NCBI GenBank assembly: GCA_033763315.1
Contig: JANRKS010000016.1
Span: 1-64,000 of the forward strand
Reading direction: 5' to 3'
Origin: Deltaproteobacteria bacterium
GTDB lineage: Bacteria; Myxococcota_A; Polyangia; Fen-1088
Length of the DNA: 64,000 nucleotides
Shown one piece after another: positions 33,312 to 43,094 of the stretch; positions within the stretch are counted from its first letter, which is position 1; the number at the start of each line of letters is the position of its first letter. The notes under the pieces were generated by a model. The model saw nothing but the letters and a program-made list of their open reading frames with translations, did no database searches and had not been told where the DNA came from. Both the position numbers and the translations under genes were made by a program.

Positions 33312-33366
33312 TCCGCAAGACTCTAGCGGCAAGCGCCCGTTGCCGAAAGTGCGCTATGAACGCCTG

Positions 33367-33675
33367 ATGTCTGAAAGACTTCCCACCGAGGCCACCCAAA
33401 TCCAAATCGACTTGGACGAGGGCACCGCCCAAGGCGCCTACGCGAATCTGGTGCTGATCAACCACAGCGACAACGAGTTCGTGTTCGACTTTGCGTTTTT
33501 GCAGCCGAACGCGCCGCGGGCCCGGGTGCGGGCGCGCATCGTCTCAAGCCCGCGCCACACCAAACGCATGCTGCGCGCTTTGGAGGTAAACCTGCGGCGC
33601 TACGAGGAGCGGTTCGGCACAATCGACGAGGGCGAAGGGCCGTTGCTGCCGCAAGGGCCGAACGTGGTCAGCTAG
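33367..33675 (+). CDS. DUF3467 family protein
   Basis: IQIDLDE..AQGAYANL..INHS..EFVFDF, ARIVSSP.H.KR..AL..N...YE..FG. Confidence 0.85.
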   Translation: MSERLPTEATQIQIDLDEGTAQGAYANLVLINHSDNEFVFDFAFLQPNAPRARVRARIVSSPRHTKRMLRALEVNLRRYEERFGTIDEGEGPLLPQGPNVVS

Positions 33676-34310
33676 GCCGGACCCGGCGTGGGTTCGTCTG
33701 ACAGCCGCGCGAACAAGGTCGCCAGATCCACCCGCTGCCCCGCCGGCCGTCCGCGCGAGCGCGCAAACGCCGCATCGATGGCGAGCAAGGCGGTGGACAG
33801 GGTTTGCTGATCCAACACGTTGTCGGGGGCCACGGCGCCGGGGCCCTTGTCGTTGAAGTTGCGAAAACAGGCGTCGATGATGGGCAAACGGCCTTCTTGG
33901 CGAAGGCGCAGTGGCAAGCCGTGTGAACGACACACGAGCGGGCGTGCTTCGTAGACGCTGCAGCGGCCATCGTCCCCCAGGGCGACGCACAGGCCGTCGC
34001 TTTCGTCGTGCGAACGCTCACGCAGCACCTGGCGTGCCTCGGGAGACAGGGTGGGCCACAGCTGCTCGATGATCTGCGCCTCCACGCTGGTGACCGAAAG
34101 CCGCACGTGACAGCAATCGTTGCAGCCCGTTTGGCAGGCCATGTCGGCCTTGTGCTGGCCTTCGACGCGGTTGAAGAACGCATCCACCTTGCTGATGAGA
34201 ATGCGAAAATGCGCAAGAGCCTCGGAGTCCGTGACCGGAGCTTCCGTGGGAACGGGAGGAAGTGGAGGCTTTGTGCGTTGCTTTGCCGTCATCGAACCAC
34301 CGCGGCTCAC
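33672..34310 (-). CDS. YkgJ-family CxxxCxxCC cysteine-cluster protein
   Basis: CQTGCNDCC, CVAL, CSVYEARPLVCR; GTG overlaps the upstream stop. Confidence 0.88.
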   Translation of the reverse strand: MSRGGSMTAKQRTKPPLPPVPTEAPVTDSEALAHFRILISKVDAFFNRVEGQHKADMACQTGCNDCCHVRLSVTSVEAQIIEQLWPTLSPEARQVLRERSHDESDGLCVALGDDGRCSVYEARPLVCRSHGLPLRLRQEGRLPIIDACFRNFNDKGPGAVAPDNVLDQQTLSTALLAIDAAFARSRGRPAGQRVDLATLFARLSDEPTPGPA

Positions 34311-35194
34311 TTAATCTTCAGCACCCCCTGCCCAACATCCAACACAACCTGGGCACCATAGGGCAAAGCGCGGTTGCGCTTGCCGTGTCCAAACAGGCCA
34401 CCCTGGGCCACCGGCACGCTCAACCCACCCAACCGTTCCCGCAAAACTTCCTGCACCTCGGGAGAGTCGTTCGAAGCCAAGTCTTGGCATTGAAAAAACT
34501 CGCCCAACACCAAACCCCTGGCCCGTGAGAATACACCCGCTTGTTGTAAATGCGTGAGCAATCTGTCGATTCGGTAGGGCCGCTCGCCCACGTCTTCGAA
34601 GAACAGCACCGCGTCGTGCAGGTCCGGAACGTAAGGCGTGCCAATAAGCCGCGAGAATACTTCGAGGTTTCCGCCCAGCAGCCGCCCCGTGGCCACGCCG
34701 GGGGTCACCGCCTCAAGGTCGGACAAAAGCGTGGGGCCCTCGCCTTCAAGCAGCTGCCACAGGTGGTCGAGGTCTTCGGAACACAGCTGTGTAAGTTGGG
34801 TGACCACGGGGCCATGCACGCTGGCAAGGCCCGCCGTGGCACAGGCGGCCAATAGGGCTGTGACGTCTGAGAACCCCACAATGATCTTGGGGTGAGCCTG
34901 CAGCGCCGTGAGCGCCAGCGCGGGTAGAATCCGCGTGAGGCCATACCCACCGCGCGCCATCCAAATGGCCTTCGTGCCGGGCTCCATGAAGGCGGCGTTC
35001 AAAGCGGCGGCCCGCGAGGCGTCGTCGCCGGCCAGGTATCCCTGCTTGGCGAACACCTGCGCCGGGTCGAACACCACCTCATAGCGCTGCCGTAGTATCT
35101 GCACGCCGGCGTTGAAGCGGTCCTCAGGCACCGGCCCCGAGGCGGCCACAATCCGAATCCGGTCGCCGGGTCGCAGGGCAGCAGAGGTGAGCAT
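34307..35194 (-). CDS. ldcA: LD-carboxypeptidase (peptidase S66)
   Basis: ARGGYG, GFSDVT (Ser), HGP, GGNL, FEDVGE (Glu), FGH (His). Start at ATG 35194. Confidence 0.93.
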   Translation of the reverse strand: MLTSAALRPGDRIRIVAASGPVPEDRFNAGVQILRQRYEVVFDPAQVFAKQGYLAGDDASRAAALNAAFMEPGTKAIWMARGGYGLTRILPALALTALQAHPKIIVGFSDVTALLAACATAGLASVHGPVVTQLTQLCSEDLDHLWQLLEGEGPTLLSDLEAVTPGVATGRLLGGNLEVFSRLIGTPYVPDLHDAVLFFEDVGERPYRIDRLLTHLQQAGVFSRARGLVLGEFFQCQDLASNDSPEVQEVLRERLGGLSVPVAQGGLFGHGKRNRALPYGAQVVLDVGQGVLKIK

Positions 35195-35198
35195 GTTG

Positions 35199-35987
35199 TC
35201 AGCGGCCGCGGAAGCTGGGGGCGCGCTTTTCAAGGAAAGCGGCCATGCCTTCTTTTTGATCTTCGGTGGCGAAGAGGCCTGCAAACAGCTCTTGTTCCAT
35301 CACCAAGGCCCGCTCAAGCGGCAGCCCCTGCGAAATGCGCATGGCCCGCTTGGCCTCGGCCACCCCCAACGGCGATTTGCTGGCGATAGTGGCGGCGAGG
35401 GCCTGCACCGTCGTCAACAACGACTCGGGCTCGGTAACGGCGTTGGCCAAACCCCAGGCCGCCGCTTCCGCCGCCGTGATCACACGGCCCGTGTAGATCA
35501 TCTCGCGCGCGCGGCCGATGCCCACCCGGGTGGCAAGGCGATGGGTGCCGCCAAAGCCGGGGATCACGCCCAGGCCCACCTCAGGAAAGCCGAGCTTCGC
35601 TTTCGCCGACGCGTAAATGAAGTCCGCACACAGCGCGAGTTCCAGCCCGCCCCCCAAGGCAAAGCCATTGACGGCCGCGATGACCGGCACCGGTAAGGAC
35701 TCGATGGCCGCGGCCGTTTCATGCCCAGCGGCGGCGAAGGCGCGCGCCTGCCAGGGCGTGAGTTTCGACATCGCGGCGATGTCGGCACCGGCGACGAAGG
35801 CCTTCTCGCCAGCCCCCGACAGGATCACGCAGCGCAGGTCTGGATCGGTGGCCAGCGCGCGGAAGCAGTGCCCCAGCTCCTGCAGCACATGGCTATCCAG
35901 TGCGTTTAGCACCGCCGGGCGGTTCACCAACACCATGCGCACGGGCCCCGCCGCGTCCACCAACAACGTCTTGTAAGACTCCGCCAT
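35199..35987 (-). CDS. crt: Enoyl-CoA hydratase (crotonase family)
   Basis: NRPAVLNAL, AFVAGADI, AVNGFALGGGLELAL, PEVGLGVIPGFGGT, DQKEGMAAFLEKR. Confidence 0.95.
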   Translation of the reverse strand: MAESYKTLLVDAAGPVRMVLVNRPAVLNALDSHVLQELGHCFRALATDPDLRCVILSGAGEKAFVAGADIAAMSKLTPWQARAFAAAGHETAAAIESLPVPVIAAVNGFALGGGLELALCADFIYASAKAKLGFPEVGLGVIPGFGGTHRLATRVGIGRAREMIYTGRVITAAEAAAWGLANAVTEPESLLTTVQALAATIASKSPLGVAEAKRAMRISQGLPLERALVMEQELFAGLFATEDQKEGMAAFLEKRAPSFRGR

Positions 35988-35988
35988 G

Positions 35989-36062
35989 CGCGCCCGACAG
36001 GGATCGAACCTGTAACCCTCGGCTTAGAAGGCCGATGCTCTATCCAATTGAGCTACGGGCAC
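35989..36062 (-). tRNA. tRNA-Arg(TCT), CCA not encoded
   Basis: GTGCCCG TAGCTCAATTGGATAGAGC ATCGGC CTTCTAA GCCGA GGGTT ACAGG TTCGATC CCTGT CGGGCGC G folds as a full cloverleaf. Confidence 0.96.
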
Positions 36063-36149
36063 AAAAGTTCGCCAAGAATACCAGAGGTTGCGGGCCGCGA
36101 CAGTGGCGAGGTTGCCGAGCCGCGGGGCCGGATGGTAAAGGCCGCCTCA

Positions 36150-37235
36150 ATGTTTACCATCCCCGTGCCGCTCGGCGACCGCACATACAACGTGATCATT
36201 GGTGACGTGTCGGTCGAGACGACAGCCGATTGCCTGGCCAAGGTGCTGGGGCGCGCCACCGGCGTGGCCTTGCTGGTGGATGAGCAGTTGGGCCGCAGCA
36301 ATCCCCGTGTGACCGAACTGCAGGCCGCTTTGGCCGCACGCCTGCCGCGTCTTGAACGCTTGGATTTGGCGGCCGGTGAAGCGTGCAAGAGTTTTGCACA
36401 GCTTGAAGCCACGTGTGATTGGCTGGCGTCTCAGGGTTTCGACCGTGGCGCCGCGATCGTGGCCATCGGCGGCGGCGCCACATCGGACCACGCTGGCTTT
36501 GCGGCGTCGATCTATCTGCGCGGCATTCAATTCGCGCTTGTGCCCACCACCTTGCTTGCCATGGTGGACGCTTCAGTGGGCGGCAAGACGGCCGTGGATC
36601 TGAAAGCCGGAAAGAACCTCGTGGGGGCGTTTCACCAACCGCGGTTGGTTGTTGCGGATCTGAATTTCTTGACGACGCTTCCCGCGCGCGAGCTGGCGGC
36701 GGGCATGGCAGAAGTCGTGAAAGCGGGATTGATCGCGGATGCGGCTTTGTTCGCTTCGCTTGAATCACAGTCAACGCCCGCGCATGAGTGGCCGCGCGAA
36801 CGATTGGCCGATGCGATCGCAGCAGCTGTGAAAGTAAAAGTGGCCGTGGTTGCCGAAGACGAACGCGAAAGCGGACGGCGCGCGATCCTAAATTTTGGCC
36901 ACACGTTGGGCCACGCGATGGAGTCGGGATCAAATTATGGTTTGTTGCACGGCGAAGCCGTGAGCCTCGGCATGCTGGCGGCGCTGCGGTTGGGCGAGCT
37001 GCGCGGCAAATCACCACCGGAGCTGCGCGTGCGCACCGAAAAGGTGCTGAACACGTTGGCCTTGCCCACCGACGTGGCGAAACACTTAACCCCCAGCGTG
37101 CTCAAACACGTGGAAGTGGACAAGAAGCGACGAAGCAACGACATCCGCTTTGTGTTCGTACCGTTCGTCGGCGACGCCATTGTGGACGACGTGCCACTGA
37201 CGATGCTGCATGAGCAAGCGGCGACGATGTTTTAG
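36150..37235 (+). CDS. aroB: 3-dehydroquinate synthase
   Basis: GEACKS, GGGA..D.AGF, PTTLLAMVDASVGGKT, KNLVGAFHQP, LNFGHTLGHA, LHGEAV. Confidence 0.96.
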   Translation: MFTIPVPLGDRTYNVIIGDVSVETTADCLAKVLGRATGVALLVDEQLGRSNPRVTELQAALAARLPRLERLDLAAGEACKSFAQLEATCDWLASQGFDRGAAIVAIGGGATSDHAGFAASIYLRGIQFALVPTTLLAMVDASVGGKTAVDLKAGKNLVGAFHQPRLVVADLNFLTTLPARELAAGMAEVVKAGLIADAALFASLESQSTPAHEWPRERLADAIAAAVKVKVAVVAEDERESGRRAILNFGHTLGHAMESGSNYGLLHGEAVSLGMLAALRLGELRGKSPPELRVRTEKVLNTLALPTDVAKHLTPSVLKHVEVDKKRRSNDIRFVFVPFVGDAIVDDVPLTMLHEQAATMF

Positions 37236-37278
37236 GTGGCGCTCTAAGAAGACGCCTGCTGCGAAGCGCGATAGGTGC

Positions 37279-37512
37279 TTCCTTGTTTTCCAGCGTCCAA
37301 GCACCCAGCGTCTGAAAATCGATGTTTTTCTCTAAGCACCAAACTTCGACGAGGCGCCCGATGAGCGACTTGATCTCCTCATGCGTGCGTGACGGGCTCA
37401 CGATTTCAATCGTCCCCTCTAAAAAGGCAATGCGTGGGGCTGACTTGTCTCCGCGCATCTCAAGCTGGCGCTGGTAATCCGCCCACGTTGCATTCGGCAA
37501 CAACACAACGCC
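37279..37512 (-). pseudogene. Uma2-family endonuclease fragment (N-terminal half only)
   Basis: VVLLPNATWADYQR..MRGDKSAPRIAFLEGTIEIVSPSRTHEEIKSLIGRLVE..GAWTL. No start is evident, and similarity stops before the EPD catalytic region. Confidence 0.75.
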
Positions 37513-37530
37513 GGTGAGAAGACCAGCGCT

Positions 37531-37650
37531 ACTGCGCTGAAATCCGCCTTCGCATACTTGCACGCGGCGGCGGCGTTCGACGACGCAGACGACTTCGACG
37601 TAAAAATGCGGATCGAAGACGTTGAGCGCGAGCTGACAGGGCTGGTTTAG
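37531..37650 (+). pseudogene. Orphan C-terminal gene fragment
   Basis: Plus frame TALKSAFAYLHAAAAFDDADDFDVKMRIEDVERELTGLV* looks protein-like and is followed by a GGCCC/GGGCC hairpin plus TTTGTT, but no start is evident. Confidence 0.35.
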
Positions 37651-37796
37651 GCAGGCTGGGCCTAGAGGCCCCGGGGGCCCTTTGTTCGCTCGCGCCAAAC
37701 GCCTTAACGGTGAAGGCAGCTTTGGTCAAGCGGGGCTCCTATGTGATCTGATAGAAGCCCTCTTGGATTGACCTTGCTTCTTGTGAAGGCCGAAGT

Positions 37797-39236
37797 TCAC
37801 GCCTTCAACAAAGGCAGAGGTCCGTCCAGATCGAACTTACCGCCCGTCGAAGCCTTGGTCATGCCGATGGTGGTGTTCGTCATGCCAAAGGCCTGCATGA
37901 GGGACACCAGGAGCTTGTTGTGCGCGGGACCGACTTGGGTGCCGTTACGAGGATTTGGATTGATCTCAGGGTACTTGATGTACCGACCCATGTTGAACGT
38001 GGTGAAGCCACCACCTCCGACGACCACGGCCATGATGTCGTGAAGATCGTGCGGGCCGCATGCGAGCTCGCAGAGCCACACGCAGACAGTTTGATCGAGC
38101 AAGGTTTTGCCGCCGTCAACCGTGACTGCGTCAAAGGATTTCAGGATCGAAGCAAAGTCCGAGGCCAACAACTTGTAGTAGTTGGTCATCTTCGTGAAGG
38201 CTTCGGTATTTTGCGGAGTGGCGTTGTGAGCGATGTCCAAATGCAGATCTGTGTGCACATCCAGCAGTGATACAGCGTCTTGCGAGCTAAGTCCGCCGTT
38301 GGTCATCACCGCCACACGGCTCATGTCACAAGACAACGCCGCAGCGATTATCTTGCCCCAGGCGTCGAAGGTCTTCGCATGATCGGTTGCGGTTGCACCC
38401 GGATTCATGGCGGGACGGGCAGCGCACATGGCTCCGGCCGTTGAGCGGAAACCAATCTGCTGCTCAAGCTCGGACATCGTCTGCCAGTGGTTCTCAATCT
38501 TCTTGCGATCGTCCCCAGACACCTGAGCGGTGACCTTCTTGTATTCGCTGGACAGCATCGCGAGCGCCTTCTGACGGCGCTTTTTGATCAGATCCGTAGT
38601 TTTGTCACCCGTGGATGAGACTGGGAACAACTTGTCGTACGCGCGAGCAAGGTTACCGAGCCCTGACTGCTCTGCCTGGCCGCGGAAGATAGGAGACCAT
38701 CCACCGGAAGTGTAATAGAGCGACTTCAGGCGCATCGGATCCGCAATTTTATCTGCGATCAACTGATCAACCGAGGTGTCGCCACCCCCGCCCTCTCGGG
38801 AGAACCCACCGGGATAAAGCATCTTGGCCCCGGTCAAGGCGTGCGAGGTTCCCGCGTTGTGATTGTTGGTTGAAACGTCCGCCAAAGCAGACGTCATCGC
38901 CAGCCCTTCCAAAGCAATCATCTTCTGCCGGAACGGGAACAGTGGCTTGAGAATGGCGCTCCAGTTTGCTTCAACGTCGGGTAGCTTGAAGTCGTAGGCT
39001 TTGTCCCGATCTGACTTCGTGCCGCCGTTCCAGCCACCAGGGCCATTGGCGCGCATGGTGTAGTTCTGCTGAACGGGCCCGTGCGGCGTGTAGTAAACAA
39101 AGAAACGCTTTTGCGCTCCGCCCTGAGCGTACGCTTGCTTATCGCCGATCAGCGACGGCAAGAACAGCGATCCAGCGGACAAACCAAAGGTGCTAAGTAG
39201 AGTGCGACGATCCATCGTGAGGTTCGGCTTAGTCAT
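37797..39236 (-). CDS. DUF1552 family protein with Tat-like signal
   Basis: MDRRTLL..LFLPSL, YTPHG, ILKPL, SVDQLIA, DDRKKIENH, ALSCDMSRVA, HLDIAH, TLLD.T, HN.LLVSLMQAFG. Confidence 0.88.
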   Translation of the reverse strand: MTKPNLTMDRRTLLSTFGLSAGSLFLPSLIGDKQAYAQGGAQKRFFVYYTPHGPVQQNYTMRANGPGGWNGGTKSDRDKAYDFKLPDVEANWSAILKPLFPFRQKMIALEGLAMTSALADVSTNNHNAGTSHALTGAKMLYPGGFSREGGGGDTSVDQLIADKIADPMRLKSLYYTSGGWSPIFRGQAEQSGLGNLARAYDKLFPVSSTGDKTTDLIKKRRQKALAMLSSEYKKVTAQVSGDDRKKIENHWQTMSELEQQIGFRSTAGAMCAARPAMNPGATATDHAKTFDAWGKIIAAALSCDMSRVAVMTNGGLSSQDAVSLLDVHTDLHLDIAHNATPQNTEAFTKMTNYYKLLASDFASILKSFDAVTVDGGKTLLDQTVCVWLCELACGPHDLHDIMAVVVGGGGFTTFNMGRYIKYPEINPNPRNGTQVGPAHNKLLVSLMQAFGMTNTTIGMTKASTGGKFDLDGPLPLLKA

Positions 39237-39257
39237 GAGAATTCTCCTAAGATCGGC

Positions 39258-41243
39258 TCAGTAAGCAGGGCGCCATTGGAAATCAGGGCTTTTGACCCAC
39301 GCGACGAAGGCTTCGCGCAAATCCCCACCCTTCGCGTCTGCCGCTTCGACCATCTTCTTGATGCGGCAAGCGTCCGCACCGTCAGACGGTTCAGGAGCAA
39401 TGACACCATCTGCATCACGCCCGGTGAGGTACTCATACCACTGCTGCGTAAGGCAAGCGGCGGCTGACTTGCTCTTCCCAAGCTTCTTAGAAAGGTCAAC
39501 CGCATTGGCGAAGGGGCCGTCCACATCGGTTGGCGTTCCGAGATCCACCTTGCCCGAGGCATCGATGGTCTTGGCCGGATTCTTCTGATCCTTGGTGATG
39601 TAGAAGCCGACCTCATTGTAGTTCTCGAAGGCAAAGCCCAACGGATCCAAGACTTGGTGACAGCTATTGCAGATATCTGCAGCTTTCATACGGGCAGCAA
39701 ACTCTTCCCGGTTCGTAGAACCGGCCGGCACTTGAACGGCACCCGCCCGTGTCTGTGCATCAGCAGGGGGCGGAGGAAAGTGTTGACAGAAGACTTTTTG
39801 CAGCACGAAGTTGCCGCGCACCGGAGGATTCGGAACCCCTACGGGCGTCCCAAAGTGGGAGTAAGCCCAACCGAAGAAGGCGCGCGTCAAAATGCCTGCT
39901 CGCTGCGCAGGGTTCAAATCCATGGGGGTGTAAACAAAATCAGGATCCTGCGTTGAAACAGAAAGCAGTTTTCCTTCGTAGACGCCTTTCGTGTACTTGT
40001 TCACCCAGCTCTTTGTGCTGGTGAACAGCGTGTTGAACGTCGCGTCTGAATCCGCAAACGTCCACTCGACAAATTGTTCGATTTCGTGGCGCGAACCGAG
40101 CGCTTGGAAGATTGAGAACGAGTGTTGAGCATCTCCCAAGCTGGTTCCCGGGTATTGCCGGTAGGACTCGCCGAAGATGCGCTCCAAGTCAGCCCACTGC
40201 CTGAAATACTCGATCACCATGTAGCGGAAGCGATTGTCCTTCAGCATGCGCCTCGCTTGCGCCTCCAGTTGGTCGGCTGTCTTCAACTCACCCTTCGAAG
40301 CCGCCGTCATCAAGTCGGCATCTGGCATCGTTGACCAAAACCCATAGGACAGACGGTTGGCGATCTCGTACTGGGTTAGCTGAACGGCGCCGTTCTTCTT
40401 GGTGGCGGGATCGCCCAGTTCAAGGCGATACATAAACTGGGGCGACTGCAAAAAGACCTCCAGGGTCAGTCGCAACGCAACCATGAAGTTATCCGCTGCG
40501 GCATCATCGGCTTTGGCACCATCGAACTCGGTCTTGAAGAAGTCGTAATAGACCGTTTTTTCAGCATCCGTCATCGGTCGGCGGAAAAACTTTGGGCCAT
40601 ACGCATCGATGAACTTCTTGCCGCAATCAACCGTCTTCTCTTGGCAAGGCACCAGCGAAGCGAGGGTCGCCGGCTGCGCAACCAACTCGGCAATAAGCAC
40701 AGCGTTGTCGTCGTAGGCCTCCAGCTGGAATGCCGTGGCGTTTAGGTTGTTGGCGCGGTTCTGAAAGCCGTAGGTTCCTGGATCCGCAATGACATCGTCC
40801 TTCCAGTTCCAGTTGATGGTCTGGGTGCCGCGCTTGAGAGCGAACGAGTGGTTGTCAATGCGGTAGACGCCATCCGCGTCGGGCTTGAATGCAAACGGGA
40901 AGACTTCGCGCAGTGAGGCCACGTACTCCACACGTGACAAGCGGCGCGCGGGCGCCGGAGGAAGGGGCCCACAGGCGCCCTCGAGCATCACGTTCGTCCC
41001 TGGTCCGCCACCCGCGTTGCCGCCAAGGCTAGTGCCGCCGCCACCGCCGCCACCACTATCGCCACCAGCGTTGCCGCCCGAGTCGCCGCCGTCGCCGCCG
41101 TTGCCACCACTGTTCTTATCGTTGTTGCTGGAGGAACCGCTGCAGGCGGTAAACAGCGAAGGCACCAGGGCCAGCATGGCGATTGCCAGCGGTTGCCGGA
41201 TGGTGAGCTTCCTAACGGGGACGGATGGCTCTTGCATAGGCAT
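39258..41243 (-). CDS. DUF1587/1595/1592/1588/1585 (PSD-type) lipoprotein with CxxCH
   Basis: Lipobox FTAC, Gly-rich linker, RRLSRVEY, FRRP, LQSPQFMYR, EIANRLSY.FWSTMPD, RAGILT, PPVRG, CNSCH..DPLGFAFENY. Confidence 0.9.
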   Translation of the reverse strand: MPMQEPSVPVRKLTIRQPLAIAMLALVPSLFTACSGSSSNNDKNSGGNGGDGGDSGGNAGGDSGGGGGGGTSLGGNAGGGPGTNVMLEGACGPLPPAPARRLSRVEYVASLREVFPFAFKPDADGVYRIDNHSFALKRGTQTINWNWKDDVIADPGTYGFQNRANNLNATAFQLEAYDDNAVLIAELVAQPATLASLVPCQEKTVDCGKKFIDAYGPKFFRRPMTDAEKTVYYDFFKTEFDGAKADDAAADNFMVALRLTLEVFLQSPQFMYRLELGDPATKKNGAVQLTQYEIANRLSYGFWSTMPDADLMTAASKGELKTADQLEAQARRMLKDNRFRYMVIEYFRQWADLERIFGESYRQYPGTSLGDAQHSFSIFQALGSRHEIEQFVEWTFADSDATFNTLFTSTKSWVNKYTKGVYEGKLLSVSTQDPDFVYTPMDLNPAQRAGILTRAFFGWAYSHFGTPVGVPNPPVRGNFVLQKVFCQHFPPPPADAQTRAGAVQVPAGSTNREEFAARMKAADICNSCHQVLDPLGFAFENYNEVGFYITKDQKNPAKTIDASGKVDLGTPTDVDGPFANAVDLSKKLGKSKSAAACLTQQWYEYLTGRDADGVIAPEPSDGADACRIKKMVEAADAKGGDLREAFVAWVKSPDFQWRPAY

Positions 41244-41444
41244 CTCCTACGGGAAACGGGCGCCGTATAAAGCACGAACGGCGGATAAGTACTTTTGCAA
41301 CATATACCTTACCAACCGAGAATAATCGATTGCAGTTCGGTGGCGGGCCCGAGTTTTACGAGCCGCAGCCCCCCCAACACCCGAGGCCACGATCGCCCGG
41401 CACCCCGAAGGTGAGGCGCCGTTACCCAAAGCGCCTGGCGCCCG

Positions 41445-43094
41445 TCAGCTCAGGACGGCGCGAGCCGCCATGACCGTGGTCGATTGCGCCGGCGCCACGG
41501 GAAAGCTCAGCACGAATGTGGAGCCGCCACCAGCGGTTTCCTCGTACCGAACGTCCCCCCCGTGGGCACGCACCAAGGACCAGACGACCGACAAGCCCAG
41601 CCCCAAGCCCGCGGTCTTTGTGGCCGTATCTGCCCCCACGAACGGCTTGAACATGCGCGGCTGCATGTCCAACGGAACGCCCGGCCCATGATCGGAAACG
41701 GCAACGCACAGCGCATCATTCTCCAGATGCGCCCGCAGATGAATGCGCCGATCCATGGCAGCGCCACGGCTGTACTTTTCCGCGTTGTCGATCAAGTTGT
41801 TCAGGATCTGCATCAAAGCGTCACGGTCCACTTCGGCCTGGCCCAAGGCCGGGCCCAATTCCAGCACCAGTTCCCCCCCGCCTTCACGCACCAGCGGCGC
41901 CATGATCTCGCCCGCGTCTTCAAGCAAGCTGCGAACGTCGAAGGAGCGCCGCTGCAACGTTAGGTTCCGCTGTTCCGATTTGCTGTGGTTGAGCACGTTC
42001 ACCACAACGCGGCCCAAGCGTTCCGCTTCGTCGGTAATGCGCTGGGCGTATTTTTGTACGGCCGTGGGGTTGCCTAAGCCGGCCGCCAACATTTCGCCGT
42101 GCAAGCGGATCCCTGCCAACGGCGTGCGCAATTCATGTGCCGCGGCCGCCGCAAAACGTGAGCGCTCGCGAGCAAAGTTGTTCGAGCGAATGACCATGCC
42201 CACCACGCCCGCCCCCGTGATCAGGGCAAACAAAACGCCCCCCAAGTACGAGTAACCAAATTGCCGGCGAAGCGCTGTTTCTTGCGTTCGCACCGTTGCC
42301 ATCGCCACGTTTGGATCCACCGCCACATGCCAGCCCACACCAGGCAAGGGCACATCAGCCGTGGCATGCGAAGCGGCCGGGCCGTACTTCAGTTGTGCGT
42401 GAAAACCGCCGTCGAACATCCAATTGCCCAGGTTTGTGTTTTCAACGACGAAGCCCTGAAAGTAACGTTGGCCCGCCAACACCAAAGCCCGAATCGCCAT
42501 CAGCGCCGGCTTTCCTTCAAGCCTTCCTGTGTGCCACGCAAACGCTCCCACTTCCGTTTGATCGTCTGTGGCGGGCAAACCTGATTCGGCCTGGCTCATG
42601 AACGCCCACGGCGCGATGGACGTGGGCAGGTTGCCATTGCTGGTGGCGTTGGCGCCCACGTCAAAGCGGCCGCCCACCGGCACATCAAGCGTTGCCAAAC
42701 GCGCGTCGGGGCGCGGCGCCGTGATGTCGCCGTTCATGTCGATCTGAAAATATACCTTAACCGCCTTCGGGTAATCGCCCGTGGCCAACGGCGACGATTG
42801 AATCTTTAAGCGGCCGCAGTGTTTGCCGCGCGTGAGGTACTTTGGGAAATAGTGCAGGTGGCTGCGTTCGCTTTCCACTTTGCGCAAGTCTTCCAGCTGC
42901 AGCGCCATCTTGGTGGCCACTTGATCTGCTGTTGTTTGCGTTTCGCGGCGCGCGCCAGTTTCGAGCTGATCGGAAACGCGATCCAATTGGCGCGCGCCCA
43001 GCCAGTACCACACGGCACAAGGAATGGTCACAGCCACCGCCGTCAAAGCAATGGCTGCCGCTGTGCCTGGACCCTTTAAGTTGATGCGCCCCAC
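41445..43094 (-). CDS. Sensor histidine kinase
   Basis: Two TMs around a periplasmic domain, AHELRTPL, NLIDNAEKY, DHGPG, GLGLGL. Confidence 0.93.
   Translation of the reverse strand: MGRINLKGPGTAAAIALTAVAVTIPCAVWYWLGARQLDRVSDQLETGARRETQTTADQVATKMALQLEDLRKVESERSHLHYFPKYLTRGKHCGRLKIQSSPLATGDYPKAVKVYFQIDMNGDITAPRPDARLATLDVPVGGRFDVGANATSNGNLPTSIAPWAFMSQAESGLPATDDQTEVGAFAWHTGRLEGKPALMAIRALVLAGQRYFQGFVVENTNLGNWMFDGGFHAQLKYGPAASHATADVPLPGVGWHVAVDPNVAMATVRTQETALRRQFGYSYLGGVLFALITGAGVVGMVIRSNNFARERSRFAAAAAHELRTPLAGIRLHGEMLAAGLGNPTAVQKYAQRITDEAERLGRVVVNVLNHSKSEQRNLTLQRRSFDVRSLLEDAGEIMAPLVREGGGELVLELGPALGQAEVDRDALMQILNNLIDNAEKYSRGAAMDRRIHLRAHLENDALCVAVSDHGPGVPLDMQPRMFKPFVGADTATKTAGLGLGLSVVWSLVRAHGGDVRYEETAGGGSTFVLSFPVAPAQSTTVMAARAVLS

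Noticed and set aside
35989-36062. tRNA-Arg as an integration site
   Set aside because: I saw no duplicated tRNA 3' end or integrase nearby, and both flanks are housekeeping genes.
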